A stretch of DNA of 32,000 bases, taken from assembly GCF_000011465.1 (NCBI RefSeq), contig NC_005072.1, forward strand, positions 930,001-962,000, read 5' to 3'. The position numbers and the translations under genes were made by a program. A model generated the notes under the pieces. That model was not told where the DNA came from. It made no database searches and saw only the letters and a program-made list of their open reading frames with translations. This document shows, piece after piece, positions 16,213 to 24,933 of this stretch (positions within the stretch are counted from its first letter, which is position 1; each line of letters starts with the position of its first letter). This DNA is from Prochlorococcus marinus subsp. pastoris str. CCMP1986. Lineage in GTDB: Bacteria > Cyanobacteriota > Cyanobacteriia > PCC-6307 > Cyanobiaceae.

Positions 16213-16911
16213 TTATATACAATCATAATTTTTAAAATATTCTTTAATTAATTCATTATTTTCGCTAGATATTTTTATACACTTCTTTTTATTTCCAAAA
16301 TTAATTGATACATAATTAAAATCATTTTTAATATGCAAGGCACAATTGCCTTCTATACAAATACAAGAATCAATTCTTTGGTTTTTAATTATTTTTTTAA
16401 CGAAAGGTTCTCTTTCTTTTTCCTCATCATAATGAGGGCATGCTATCCCCTTTATTATTCCTAAAGTATTTATTAGCTCTAATTTATCAGAGAAAGAGTC
16501 CGTAATTCCTTGATCAAACCAGCATATCGCGCCAGCACTGACACCACTCATAATTATGCCTTTTTCATAAGCAATTTTCAGAATATTCTGCAGATCCCAT
16601 TCTTTCCAAACCGCCAACATACTTTTTGTATTTCCTCCTCCAACATAAATAATATCTTGGGATAGAATTTTTTTTTCCAAGTTTTCTGTTCTTGAAAAGA
16701 AATCAAGATGACTAGTTATACAATTTAATTTTGAAAAAGCTCTATAAAAATTTAATTTATATGAATCATTATCTCCTGATGCAGTAGGAATAAAACAGAT
16801 TTTTGGGCTTTCCTTTTTAACTAATGACGTAATATATTTCTCTATCTTAAGTTCACCTAAGGACCTTCCAAAACCTCCACCTCCAATTGCCACAATATTT
16901 TTATTTGACAT
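16213..16911 (-). CDS. Peptidase S51 family (dipeptidase E / cyanophycinase-like)
   Basis: IIYVGGGNT and the nucleophile-elbow block GVSAGAICW are typical of S51 peptidases. Size is 232 aa. Confidence 0.8.
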   Translation of the reverse strand: MSNKNIVAIGGGGFGRSLGELKIEKYITSLVKKESPKICFIPTASGDNDSYKLNFYRAFSKLNCITSHLDFFSRTENLEKKILSQDIIYVGGGNTKSMLAVWKEWDLQNILKIAYEKGIIMSGVSAGAICWFDQGITDSFSDKLELINTLGIIKGIACPHYDEEKEREPFVKKIIKNQRIDSCICIEGNCALHIKNDFNYVSINFGNKKKCIKISSENNELIKEYFKNYDCI

Positions 16912-16931
16912 TGCAATTTGAACTCAACACA

Positions 16932-17393
16932 ATGAATTTAAAACAAATTACCCAAAAAGATCAACTTGATTTAAAAAAAATATATTTTGATTCAATAATT
17001 TCTATCGATCAGAAAATTTATACTTCAGAACAAAAAAGAGCTTGGGCAAGTCAAGCCTGGGATAATAAATATTTTAATTTAACCTTAAAGGAAGGTAAAG
17101 GATGGCTTATTAATGAAAGAGAGAAGATAATTGCTTTTGCCTCAAGATATCCAAATAATAGAATTTCCCTTTTATATTGCAGAGGAGATTCACAAAGGAA
17201 AGGTTATGGGACAAAGTTACTCAAAAAAATAGAAAAGGAAGCCATAAAAGAGGGTTTACCTTGCTTAACAACAGAGGCAAGCTTAATTAGTTATAAATTA
17301 TTTCTAAAAAATAGCTGGAAAATAATTCGTAAAGAAAAAATAATTATCAAGAATATAACATTTGAAAGATATAAGATGATAAAAAATTTTTAA
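16932..17393 (+). CDS. GNAT family N-acetyltransferase
   Basis: Acetyl-CoA motif A (QRKGYGTKLLKKIEKEA). I prefer the ATG at 16932. The track TTG start at 16887 would overlap the divergent peptidase gene. Confidence 0.8.
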   Translation: MNLKQITQKDQLDLKKIYFDSIISIDQKIYTSEQKRAWASQAWDNKYFNLTLKEGKGWLINEREKIIAFASRYPNNRISLLYCRGDSQRKGYGTKLLKKIEKEAIKEGLPCLTTEASLISYKLFLKNSWKIIRKEKIIIKNITFERYKMIKNF

Positions 17394-17409
17394 TTGCTTA
17401 AATAAAAAA

Positions 17410-17727
17410 ATGAGTAGCAGAAGCAAAAAATTATTATTATTGCAAAGATCCCTTATTTGGTTTTTATATTTATTCTCAGGTTACATACTCTATTCAAAAA
17501 AAGGATATTTATTTTCTATATTTATTACCTTCGCAAAGGTAATTTATCCATTATCAATTTTTTGGTTACAAATAAGGATAAAAAGGAGTGAAAAGTTCTT
17601 ACCAATAGATTCAGCCATGAAAACATCCCAATTATGGTTCAATCTATTGCCTGTTCTAGCATCCTTTATTACCGTAGTCTTAAGTATATTAAATACAATT
17701 TTTTATCTCATAGATAAGGTTATTTAG
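17410..17727 (+). CDS. Hypothetical membrane protein, 105 aa (3 predicted TM)
   Basis: Track ORF with ATG start and hydrophobic segments. It lies 16 nt after the GNAT stop. Confidence 0.5.
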   Translation: MSSRSKKLLLLQRSLIWFLYLFSGYILYSKKGYLFSIFITFAKVIYPLSIFWLQIRIKRSEKFLPIDSAMKTSQLWFNLLPVLASFITVVLSILNTIFYLIDKVI

Positions 17728-17820
17728 ATATTAAGGCTAAAAAGACAAAACATTATGTAAATAAAATTGCTATTTCAGATAAATTGCTTAAATTTTAAAT
17801 AGTAGTAAATTATTTTTTTC

Positions 17821-17976
17821 ATGCAAAACATTACGTTTAAAGGAAATGTTAATTTTGATAATCAAAAGGAAGAATTGAACGAAAATGAATTGTTCTCTCT
17901 AAAAATTACTGACAGTTTATATAAAAAAGATATTGGAAAATTCCTAGAAATATTATCATCTCATTTCATCCCGTAA
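17821..17976 (+). CDS. Small hypothetical protein, 51 aa (MQNITFKGNVNFDNQKEELNENELFSLKITDSLYKKDIGKFLEILSSHFIP)
   Basis: Hand-translated ATG..TAA ORF in an intergenic gap. Confidence 0.25.
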   Translation: MQNITFKGNVNFDNQKEELNENELFSLKITDSLYKKDIGKFLEILSSHFIP

Positions 17977-18064
17977 AAAAATCCCTACATGATGTTCAAA
18001 TTAAAACAGTGCAAGAAATAAGTTTGTTTTTGACAGATAATATATTTAAATAATAAAAAATCTA

Positions 18065-18382
18065 ATGCAAATGTATCTTGCGGATTGTCAATTTCCAGAT
18101 ATTGATAATCAGGTTAAGGCCTATAAATTATTTGTAGAGGCATGGGAGAATGGCGAAATGGCTAAAGCTGACAAAACTGCAAATTTTGAAATGCTCTTTA
18201 GAGTACATGCTCCTGGTGAAGGAAGAGTAGTTTGTTTGTGTAAAGCTTATAGTGATAAGGAAGTTTTTGAACATTTCGCCCCTTGGAGAGCAAAATTTGG
18301 AATTCATATGGAATTTACTCCTGTGACCAGTTGTCAAAACATTGTGGATTATCACAAAGACTTATTTAAATCAATGAATTAA
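18065..18382 (+). CDS. Conserved-looking hypothetical protein, 105 aa, possibly DUF3303-like
   Basis: G+C is noticeably higher than in the neighbours and the sequence is non-repetitive. The spacing of W/C/PW residues (EAWENG...VCLCKAYSDKEVFEHFAPWRAKFGIHMEFTPV) recalls DUF3303; this comes from memory and is not verified. Confidence 0.6.
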   Translation: MQMYLADCQFPDIDNQVKAYKLFVEAWENGEMAKADKTANFEMLFRVHAPGEGRVVCLCKAYSDKEVFEHFAPWRAKFGIHMEFTPVTSCQNIVDYHKDLFKSMN

Positions 18383-18407
18383 TAACCTATTAAATTTATT
18401 TTTTAAT

Positions 18408-18581
18408 GTGAAAAAATCATTCTCAAGTATTATTAATAAAGATAAAAATACATCTTTATCTAAAAAATTTCCTAAAAAAGAAGATAATGAAAAATCAAAA
18501 CCATTAATAATTTTCGGAACTATTGTTTCATTATCTTCTATATTTTTGCTCCTTTATACAATAAATAACAAATTTGGCTGA
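18408..18581 (+). CDS. Small tail-anchored membrane ORF, 57 aa (GTG start)
   Basis: Hand-translated. It has a basic K/S-rich N-terminus followed by one TM (LIIFGTIVSLSSIFLLLY). Confidence 0.25.
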   Translation: MKKSFSSIINKDKNTSLSKKFPKKEDNEKSKPLIIFGTIVSLSSIFLLLYTINNKFG

Positions 18582-18649
18582 TATGAGTAATTTACACAAT
18601 TACTTTTATCTTGTATTTGATTTATATTAGTAAAAAATGACTAATTTTT

Positions 18650-18766
18650 ATGGCATTTGAACAGGGTGGAATGGCTTCAGGCCTTCTGATTATCGCAGTT
18701 TCAATCGTTTTTGCTGCTGGATTTGGTTTTTTAGTATTACATTTTGTACCCGGAACACCTTTCTAA
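18650..18766 (+). CDS. Micro-protein, 38 aa, single TM (MAFEQGGMASGLLIIAVSIVFAAGFGFLVLHFVPGTPF)
   Basis: Hand-translated ATG..TAA. Codon G+C is clearly above the intergenic background, and the TM is Gly/Ala-rich. Confidence 0.4.
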   Translation: MAFEQGGMASGLLIIAVSIVFAAGFGFLVLHFVPGTPF

Positions 18767-18797
18767 TAACATTATTTATTAATTAGTTTGATCAATA

Positions 18798-19064
18798 TTA
18801 TATGTTCACTGTTTCAAGATCTTGCACAGTGTTATCTTCTTCAGTTTTATTTTTGACTCTATAAGCATAAATTAGTGAACCTAGCGCAATAGATGTAGAA
18901 GCTAATATTCCTGAAATAAGTATCAAAGCAAACAGGCCACCTATCAAACCCCCTTTTAATCTAAGTAAATTAGACTTTATGAGAAGAATCAAAAGAAAAA
19001 ATGTAGTAGCTTTGAGAGAAGTTATTTTAATTAAAGCTAGAGGAGCAAAAGGGTTTAATAACAT
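18798..19064 (-). CDS. Hypothetical membrane protein, 88 aa (2-3 TM)
   Basis: Track ORF with ATG start, hydrophobic segments and an acidic C-terminal tail. Confidence 0.5.
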   Translation of the reverse strand: MLLNPFAPLALIKITSLKATTFFLLILLIKSNLLRLKGGLIGGLFALILISGILASTSIALGSLIYAYRVKNKTEEDNTVQDLETVNI

Positions 19065-19118
19065 TTAATTTTTTGTATATTTATAACTCTAAAAAAAAAT
19101 TCTTAAAAACGCTAAAAA

Positions 19119-19141
19119 AAAAGACTCAAAAAGAGTCTTTT
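19119..19141 (-). terminator. Weak, potentially bidirectional intrinsic terminator
   Basis: AAAAGACTC-aaaaa-GAGTCTTTT hairpin. On the minus strand T/A-rich sequence containing a T-run follows it, directly downstream of the 19170..19307 micro-ORF. The stem has only 5 bp containing G/C. Confidence 0.4.
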
Positions 19142-19169
19142 AAAATTAAAATTCAAAATTATGCATTAT

Positions 19170-19307
19170 TTATTCCTCAGTATCAAATTTGCTAAGGTTT
19201 GGTCCAGCGACTAAACCAACAAGCCCAAAGAGGACTAAAGAACCAATCCCAACACCTGCGGCCCAAGGATTAAAACCGCCAATGGCGAATGAAGCTAAAA
19301 AATTCAT
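19170..19307 (-). CDS. Micro-protein, 45 aa, Gly-rich TM (MNFLASFAIGGFNPWAAGVGIGSLVLFGLVGLVAGPNLSKFDTEE)
   Basis: Hand-translated ATG..TAA. It is markedly G+C-richer than the flanks and a hairpin/T-run follows it. It lacks the E-x-x-N-G-R motif, so it is not a canonical HLIP. Confidence 0.45.
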   Translation of the reverse strand: MNFLASFAIGGFNPWAAGVGIGSLVLFGLVGLVAGPNLSKFDTEE

Positions 19308-19527
19308 GAATTTTTAAAAACAATTATCTCGGAGCTAGCATACAGAATTATTGAAGGGAATATACCCAAATTGAGACATTTCTTTGTAATTCGAAAGTAA
19401 TTCAATGAAGGGATGGTTTTGTTGCTAAATAAATATTTGACAAATGTAATACTTTACTTTTAAGTCTTTGATGGACAACAGGTCACCAACTTTTCACTTA
19501 AGATTAAATCATGGAAAACTAATCGTT

Positions 19528-19908
19528 ATGAATACAAATTTAACATTTATATATGATGGAGAATGTCCTTTTTGTAATCATTTTGCAGAACTTTTAGAGC
19601 TTAAAAGTAAAATAAATAAAATTTCTATTCTCGATGGCAGAAAAAATCCCAAAATAATTAAATCTCTTTTAGAGAAAGGTTATGACATCGATAGAGGAGC
19701 AATCCTTCTTAAGGATGATGACATATTTCATGGGGCTGAAGCAATAAATAAAATATGTAATCAAATAAATAACCCTTCTGGCAAACTTTTAAAACTCTTA
19801 TCAAATATCTTTAAATCAAACAAAAGAACGAATTTATTGTTTCCCTTTCTTGTAAGAGCAAGAAGATTAGCCTTAATTGCAAAAGGTGTGCCAACTTCTT
19901 TAGTTTGA
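19528..19908 (+). CDS. DCC1-like thiol-disulfide oxidoreductase (DUF393 family)
   Basis: The family signature IYDGECPFCN lies right after the preferred ATG at 19528. The track start at 19468 is a TTG that adds 20 poorly fitting residues. Confidence 0.75.
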   Translation: MNTNLTFIYDGECPFCNHFAELLELKSKINKISILDGRKNPKIIKSLLEKGYDIDRGAILLKDDDIFHGAEAINKICNQINNPSGKLLKLLSNIFKSNKRTNLLFPFLVRARRLALIAKGVPTSLV

Positions 19909-20016
19909 AAAAATGATTCCCCTTAAATTAATAAATGACATATTTTTAAGCTTATTTGTGATTAGAAGATAATTTATTATTTCTTAGCTAGAACATATAA
20001 GTAATATCTAAAAGTA

Positions 20017-20202
20017 ATGATAGAAAACTTCAATCCATTTTTATCTTTAGGTGGTAAAGATCAGAAAATAAATCATATGGCAGAAGCTGCACTAGAAATG
20101 AACTTAACATGCAATGATTTAAAAAAAGATCTTGATTTAACTGATGGGGACGTTATTGATATGTTGCAATTAGTGATGGATGGGTTTAAAAATAGAAATT
20201 AA
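20017..20202 (+). CDS. Small acidic hypothetical protein, 61 aa
   Basis: Track ORF with ATG start. No motif. Confidence 0.4.
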   Translation: MIENFNPFLSLGGKDQKINHMAEAALEMNLTCNDLKKDLDLTDGDVIDMLQLVMDGFKNRN

Positions 20203-20245
20203 ATAAATAATCTCACTGAAAAATTTAGTTTTCCTTAAATTTTTA

Positions 20246-20551
20246 ATGAAAAGTATACAAATTGAATTTTCAAAATATGAGTCAGTAAGTTCATTATGGT
20301 CTGAATTGATAGAACATCATGGGTTTGAAAGAGCTAAAAATATTGTTTCACAAGCTATAGATTTACAAAAAATGAATGGCAATAAAAATGTAACCATGCC
20401 AATTATATTTTCAGGGACTGGAGGATTAGCATTAATTCCTATTAAATCATTAAAAGAAAAAACTTTAAAGAGTAAATCAAAAGAAAATCAAGTACTCATA
20501 TTTAATCTCAAAAAGAAATCATTTCAAATATTAAATGAAGCTAAACATTAA
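20246..20551 (+). CDS. Hypothetical protein, 101 aa
   Basis: Track ORF with ATG start. No motif. Confidence 0.5.
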   Translation: MKSIQIEFSKYESVSSLWSELIEHHGFERAKNIVSQAIDLQKMNGNKNVTMPIIFSGTGGLALIPIKSLKEKTLKSKSKENQVLIFNLKKKSFQILNEAKH

Positions 20552-20695
20552 TAAATTTTTTGAAAACCATTTAATAAAACAAATTAGATTGGAAAATATC
20601 TCATCACAGAATTAATTGATATACCAAACCCATAGAAAATTTTTACTCAATATTTACAAATTTTATTTATAGTCTATTTATGTTTACAACGAATA

Positions 20696-21412
20696 ATGAC
20701 TTTTGAAGCCAAATATCTAGGTTCAAACGGTTGGTTGATCAAATTTGATAAAACTAACTTAATAATAGATCCCTGGCTTACAGGTGATTTGATATTCCCT
20801 CCAGGAGAGTGGTTTTTCAAAGGTTCACTAGATAATGAAATTTTAATTGAGGAAGACATTAATATAATTTTATTGACGCAAGGCTTACCCGATCATTGCC
20901 ATGTTCCTTCATTAAAAAAGTTTAAAAAAGATATTGATATCATCTGCTCCAATAGTGCAAAAGGAATTCTTGAAAAATTAGGCTTTACTTCGATCAAAGT
21001 TCTTAAACCAAAAGAAAAAATCATGCAAAAGGAACTAGAAATAGAAGCTACTGCTGGTGCTCCCGTACCACAAATAGAAAATGGATACATAGTAAAAGAC
21101 TATAAAGGAAAGGGTTTCTACATAGAACCACATGGTTATCTTGATGAAAACGTTAATTCTCAAGAATTAGATGCAGTCATAACTCCAATAATTAACCTTG
21201 AACTTCCTCTTGTTGGATCTTTTGTAAAAGGGGCCGATGTGCTTCCCAAATTAATAAAAACTTTTAATCCAAAATATATACTTTCAAGTACTGCTGGAGG
21301 AGAAGCAAAATATACAGGCCTTTTAAACAAATTTATATCAGTTCAGGAATATGCAGAAGAAGTAAAATGTAACCTGGTAAATTTAAAAACTATGGATTCT
21401 GTAAAAATTTAG
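20696..21412 (+). CDS. Metallo-beta-lactamase-fold protein with a degenerate metal motif
   Basis: The N-terminal YLGSNGWLI...IDPWL and LLTQGLPDHCH occupy the position of the HxHxDH motif. Only the D-H is retained. Size is 238 aa. Confidence 0.6.
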   Translation: MTFEAKYLGSNGWLIKFDKTNLIIDPWLTGDLIFPPGEWFFKGSLDNEILIEEDINIILLTQGLPDHCHVPSLKKFKKDIDIICSNSAKGILEKLGFTSIKVLKPKEKIMQKELEIEATAGAPVPQIENGYIVKDYKGKGFYIEPHGYLDENVNSQELDAVITPIINLELPLVGSFVKGADVLPKLIKTFNPKYILSSTAGGEAKYTGLLNKFISVQEYAEEVKCNLVNLKTMDSVKI

Positions 21413-21494
21413 ATATGTTTAATAAAGAAAATTTATAACTATATCGTTAGTGCTTATAAACTAATAAAATAGAAAAAGATAAGGGTTATCTAAA

Positions 21495-21848
21495 ATTTAT
21501 TCATTATTTTTTTCAACAATTTGTCTTTTTGCACTAAACACATCCTATTTTTGTGACAATATTAAGCTCGATTTAGTAATTAGAAATAATATTAATGGGG
21601 ATTTCTCAATAGTTAAAACCATCTCTGAAATTGAACCTGGAGCATTTATTAATATAGATTGGAATAAAAAAAAACTAATGTTACCATATTCTCTGAGAAA
21701 AGATTATTTATCATTTACGGATAGAAAATGGGATTGGAGATACGAAATAAATCAAGAGGGATTGGTAAAAGATAAAAATCCGATATTGTATGAGTTACTT
21801 CCATCTGGAATAATCAAAGATCATATATGTCAATTAGGAAAAACCTAA
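21495..21848 (+). CDS. Putative secreted protein with a non-canonical (ATT?) start, or a start-codon pseudogene
   Basis: The frame is stop-free from 21483 to the TAA at 21846-21848 (121 codons, checked codon by codon). There is no ATG/GTG/TTG before the ATG at 21678. The N-terminus YSLFFSTICLFALNTSYFC looks like a signal peptide. AAGGG at 21481-21485 lies 9 nt before the ATT at 21495. Confidence 0.35.
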   Translation: MYSLFFSTICLFALNTSYFCDNIKLDLVIRNNINGDFSIVKTISEIEPGAFINIDWNKKKLMLPYSLRKDYLSFTDRKWDWRYEINQEGLVKDKNPILYELLPSGIIKDHICQLGKT

Positions 21849-21918
21849 TTATTTTAATTTATCATGCACATAATACTCTCTAATAAATTATTTAGTTCAG
21901 AGGATTAATTAAATAAAG

Positions 21919-24528
21919 ATGCTTAACGTTTCAGACAATAAGAACAATAATCAATATATAAAACTGGAGGATTACAAACCCTTTGATTATGAAATACCTA
22001 ATATTTTTTTGGATTTCATAATTGAAGACAAAAGAGTAATTGTTAAAACCGAACTAGAATTCATTAAAAAGAATATTAATATAAATTCCCTTATTCTTGA
22101 TGGGATAGATATATTTGTTGAAAAGATATATTTAGATGAATCTTTATTAGAAGAAAATAACTATTCAATACAAAAAAATAGATTATTAATTAAACCCATA
22201 CTCAAAGAAACTTTTACCTTAAAGATTGTGGGAACAATTAAACCAAAGGAGAATTTTTCACTTTTAGGAATGTATGAAAGTAATGGAATTATTACTACGC
22301 AATGCGAAGCAGAAGGCTTTAGAAGAATAAGTTACCATTCTGATAGACCTGATATTTTAAGTAAATACAAAGTAAGGATCGAGGCTAATAAGGAAGATTT
22401 TCCTGTTTTACTTTCTAATGGAAATCTAGTCAAAGCAAATGATCTTAAACACAGAAGGCACGAAGTGATATGGGAAGATCCATATCCTAAACCCTCATAT
22501 CTTTTCGCTTTAGTTGCAGGAAAACTGAACTGCATAAAAGATAACTTCAATACTAAATCTAATAAAAAAGTAGAAATAAATATTTACGTGGAAAAAGGTG
22601 ATGAAAAATATGTAAAACATTCAATCAATTCATTAAAGAAGTCAATGAAATGGGACGAAGAAAAATATAATCTTGAATACGATTTATCTTTATTTAATAT
22701 TGTTGCAATTAGGCATTTCAATATGGGAGCGATGGAAAATAAAAGCCTCAATATTTTTAACTCAAAATTAATACTTGCAAATAAAGAGACTACGACTGAT
22801 GAAGAGCTAGAGCGTATAGAAGGTGTAATCGCTCATGAGTACTTTCATAATTGGACGGGGAATAGAATAACTTGTAGAGATTGGTTTCAATTATCCCTAA
22901 AAGAGGGTTTAACAGTATTTAGAGATCAGGAATTTACATCAGATCTTCATAATCGTTCAATAAAAAGACTTGAGGATGCAAAATTCTTAAGAAAAGCACA
23001 ATTTAGAGAAGACTCCGGTCCAACATCACATCCAGTGAGACCTGAAAAATATTTAGAGATAGACAATTTTTATACAACTACTATCTACGAAAAAGGAGCA
23101 GAAATAATAAGGATGCTTAAAACATTAGTAAAAGAAGAAAACTTTAATAATGGTTTTAGTAATTTTATTTCTACCTATGATGGGAAAGCAGCAACTATTG
23201 ATCAATTTGTTAATAAGATTTTAGAAAATAACAAAGAAATAAATAATGAAAAATTTAAAACTTGGTATAAACAAAATGGAACTCCACTAGTTAAGTTTAA
23301 AAGAAAATGGGATAAAGAAAAACAAATCCTTAAAATACAAGTCTCGCAAATAAATTCAAATAAAAAAAATCTTTATAACGATTTACCTCTAATAATTCCT
23401 ATTAATATTGCAATATTCTTGAATAGTTATGAAAAAATAAAAAAGACACTTATCTTAAAAGAAAAGGAAGAGGAATTCACTTTAGAAAATATAAACTCCA
23501 AATTTGACAGCCCAATAATTTCTTATTTTCGAAATTTCTCAGCTCCCATTAAATGGGAAACAGATACTACTTTTGCAGAGAAATTATTAATACTAGAATT
23601 TGAAACTGATTATTTTACGATATATGACACGATAAAAGGCATATATAAAAAAATAATTTGCAAAAGAATATATGAAGAACCCGATATTAATATTGAAAAT
23701 AAATTAATAACAACATTAAGATCAATAATAAGGAATAATAAAAGTATAAATTTATCTCTCTTATCTGAAATACTTAGTATCCCAACTTTCTCTGAAATAG
23801 AATCAGAGATCAAGAAAGTTGATCCATTAAAAGTTTATAAAACTATTGACGACTTAAATTATCTTTTTGGTACAAAATTAAAAGTAGAACTACTGAATAA
23901 GCTTAAAGAAATTGATAAAAACATTACTAAATTATGGCCTGAGGGTAAGGATGAAAGAAAACTAATAGAAACAATATGGAGGTTACTTTTACATAGTAAA
24001 TATGAGGGAATTAAAAATAAAGTAATTAGTTATATAGATAGTAATTCAATGACTCTTTCAAAAGCTGCTTTGAATGTATTCACCAGGATTAATTGTCCGG
24101 AAAGAGAATTAATTTCAAATATTTTTTTTAATAAATGGAAACACAATCCAGTAGTCTTAGATAATTGGTTCTTTTTTAAAGCATCTATTGAGATAAATAA
24201 TAATCAAAAAAATATTGAAGCTCTATTTAAAAATGAATATTTTGATGTCAAATCACCCAATACTTTAAAATCTATATTAAATGCATACGTAACAAGAAAT
24301 TCATTATTCCACTCCAGAGATGGATCAGGTTATAAATACGTAGCAGATAAAATTCTAGAATATGACAAATCAAATCCAATAGTAATTTCACGTTTTTTAA
24401 AAATATTTAGTACTTTCAGGCAATATGAAAATCCTTATAAAAGAAATATAATTAAAGTTCTTGATTACATTAAAAAAAATAAACTCTCACCAAATACAAG
24501 AGAAATTATAGATGCAATTTTAAATTAA
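21919..24528 (+). CDS. pepN: Aminopeptidase N (M1 family zinc metallopeptidase)
   Basis: GAMEN exopeptidase motif (NMGAMENKSLN) and zinc motif HEYFHNWTGN...x18...LKEGLTVF. Size is 869 aa. Confidence 0.95.
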   Translation: MLNVSDNKNNNQYIKLEDYKPFDYEIPNIFLDFIIEDKRVIVKTELEFIKKNININSLILDGIDIFVEKIYLDESLLEENNYSIQKNRLLIKPILKETFTLKIVGTIKPKENFSLLGMYESNGIITTQCEAEGFRRISYHSDRPDILSKYKVRIEANKEDFPVLLSNGNLVKANDLKHRRHEVIWEDPYPKPSYLFALVAGKLNCIKDNFNTKSNKKVEINIYVEKGDEKYVKHSINSLKKSMKWDEEKYNLEYDLSLFNIVAIRHFNMGAMENKSLNIFNSKLILANKETTTDEELERIEGVIAHEYFHNWTGNRITCRDWFQLSLKEGLTVFRDQEFTSDLHNRSIKRLEDAKFLRKAQFREDSGPTSHPVRPEKYLEIDNFYTTTIYEKGAEIIRMLKTLVKEENFNNGFSNFISTYDGKAATIDQFVNKILENNKEINNEKFKTWYKQNGTPLVKFKRKWDKEKQILKIQVSQINSNKKNLYNDLPLIIPINIAIFLNSYEKIKKTLILKEKEEEFTLENINSKFDSPIISYFRNFSAPIKWETDTTFAEKLLILEFETDYFTIYDTIKGIYKKIICKRIYEEPDINIENKLITTLRSIIRNNKSINLSLLSEILSIPTFSEIESEIKKVDPLKVYKTIDDLNYLFGTKLKVELLNKLKEIDKNITKLWPEGKDERKLIETIWRLLLHSKYEGIKNKVISYIDSNSMTLSKAALNVFTRINCPERELISNIFFNKWKHNPVVLDNWFFFKASIEINNNQKNIEALFKNEYFDVKSPNTLKSILNAYVTRNSLFHSRDGSGYKYVADKILEYDKSNPIVISRFLKIFSTFRQYENPYKRNIIKVLDYIKKNKLSPNTREIIDAILN

Positions 24529-24536
24529 TAATTATT

Positions 24537-24773
24537 CTATTTATATAAACTTATAAGTAGTATTATTAAAATCCCAATAATAATAAAAAGCAAATATATC
24601 TTTTGAGAGATTTGTATTTTAAAATTACTAAATCGATCTTTTTTATATTCTTTATCCCACTTTTTTTTTACGTAATTATTAGTTACAAATTTGTTAGGTC
24701 TACCACAGAATAGGCAAGTAGGGGCTGTTATTGAGATTAAATTCTTACATTGTGGACATTTTTTTTGCATCAT
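24537..24773 (-). CDS. Zinc-ribbon membrane protein, 78 aa
   Basis: CPQC...x12...CLFCG zinc ribbon at the N-terminus and a C-terminal TM (IYLLFIIIGILIILLISL). It converges on pepN with an 8-bp gap. Confidence 0.5.
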   Translation of the reverse strand: MMQKKCPQCKNLISITAPTCLFCGRPNKFVTNNYVKKKWDKEYKKDRFSNFKIQISQKIYLLFIIIGILIILLISLYK

Positions 24774-24933
24774 AATTTTTTTATTTTAGCAAATAATTTT
24801 TGAATATTTCTTATTAAAAACCATATATAAAAATTTCTCTTAAGAAGAAAAATATTAAAGATTATTTATAGATAATGATTCGAGATTAATTAAATTAAGT
24901 TTCAAAAGAATACTTAATTAAAGCTAATAAATA

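Noticed and set aside
16025-16222. 65-aa minus-strand ORF
   Set aside because: It lies antisense to the 3' end of the better-supported 134-aa plus-strand ORF.
18128-18355. 75-aa minus-strand ORF
   Set aside because: It lies antisense to the DUF3303-like gene, and its translation is unconvincing.
18587-18603. Inverted repeat GTAATTtacacAATTAC upstream of the 38-aa micro-ORF, considered as an NtcA site
   Set aside because: The NtcA consensus is GTA-N8-TAC. Here the GTA/TAC halves are separated by 11 nt, so it does not fit. It may still be a protein-binding palindrome, but I have no support for that.
20674-21090. ORFs 20674..20859(-) and 20893..21090(-)
   Set aside because: They lie antisense to the MBL-fold gene.
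22332-23813. ORFs 22332..22550(-) and 23610..23813(-)
   Set aside because: They lie antisense to pepN.
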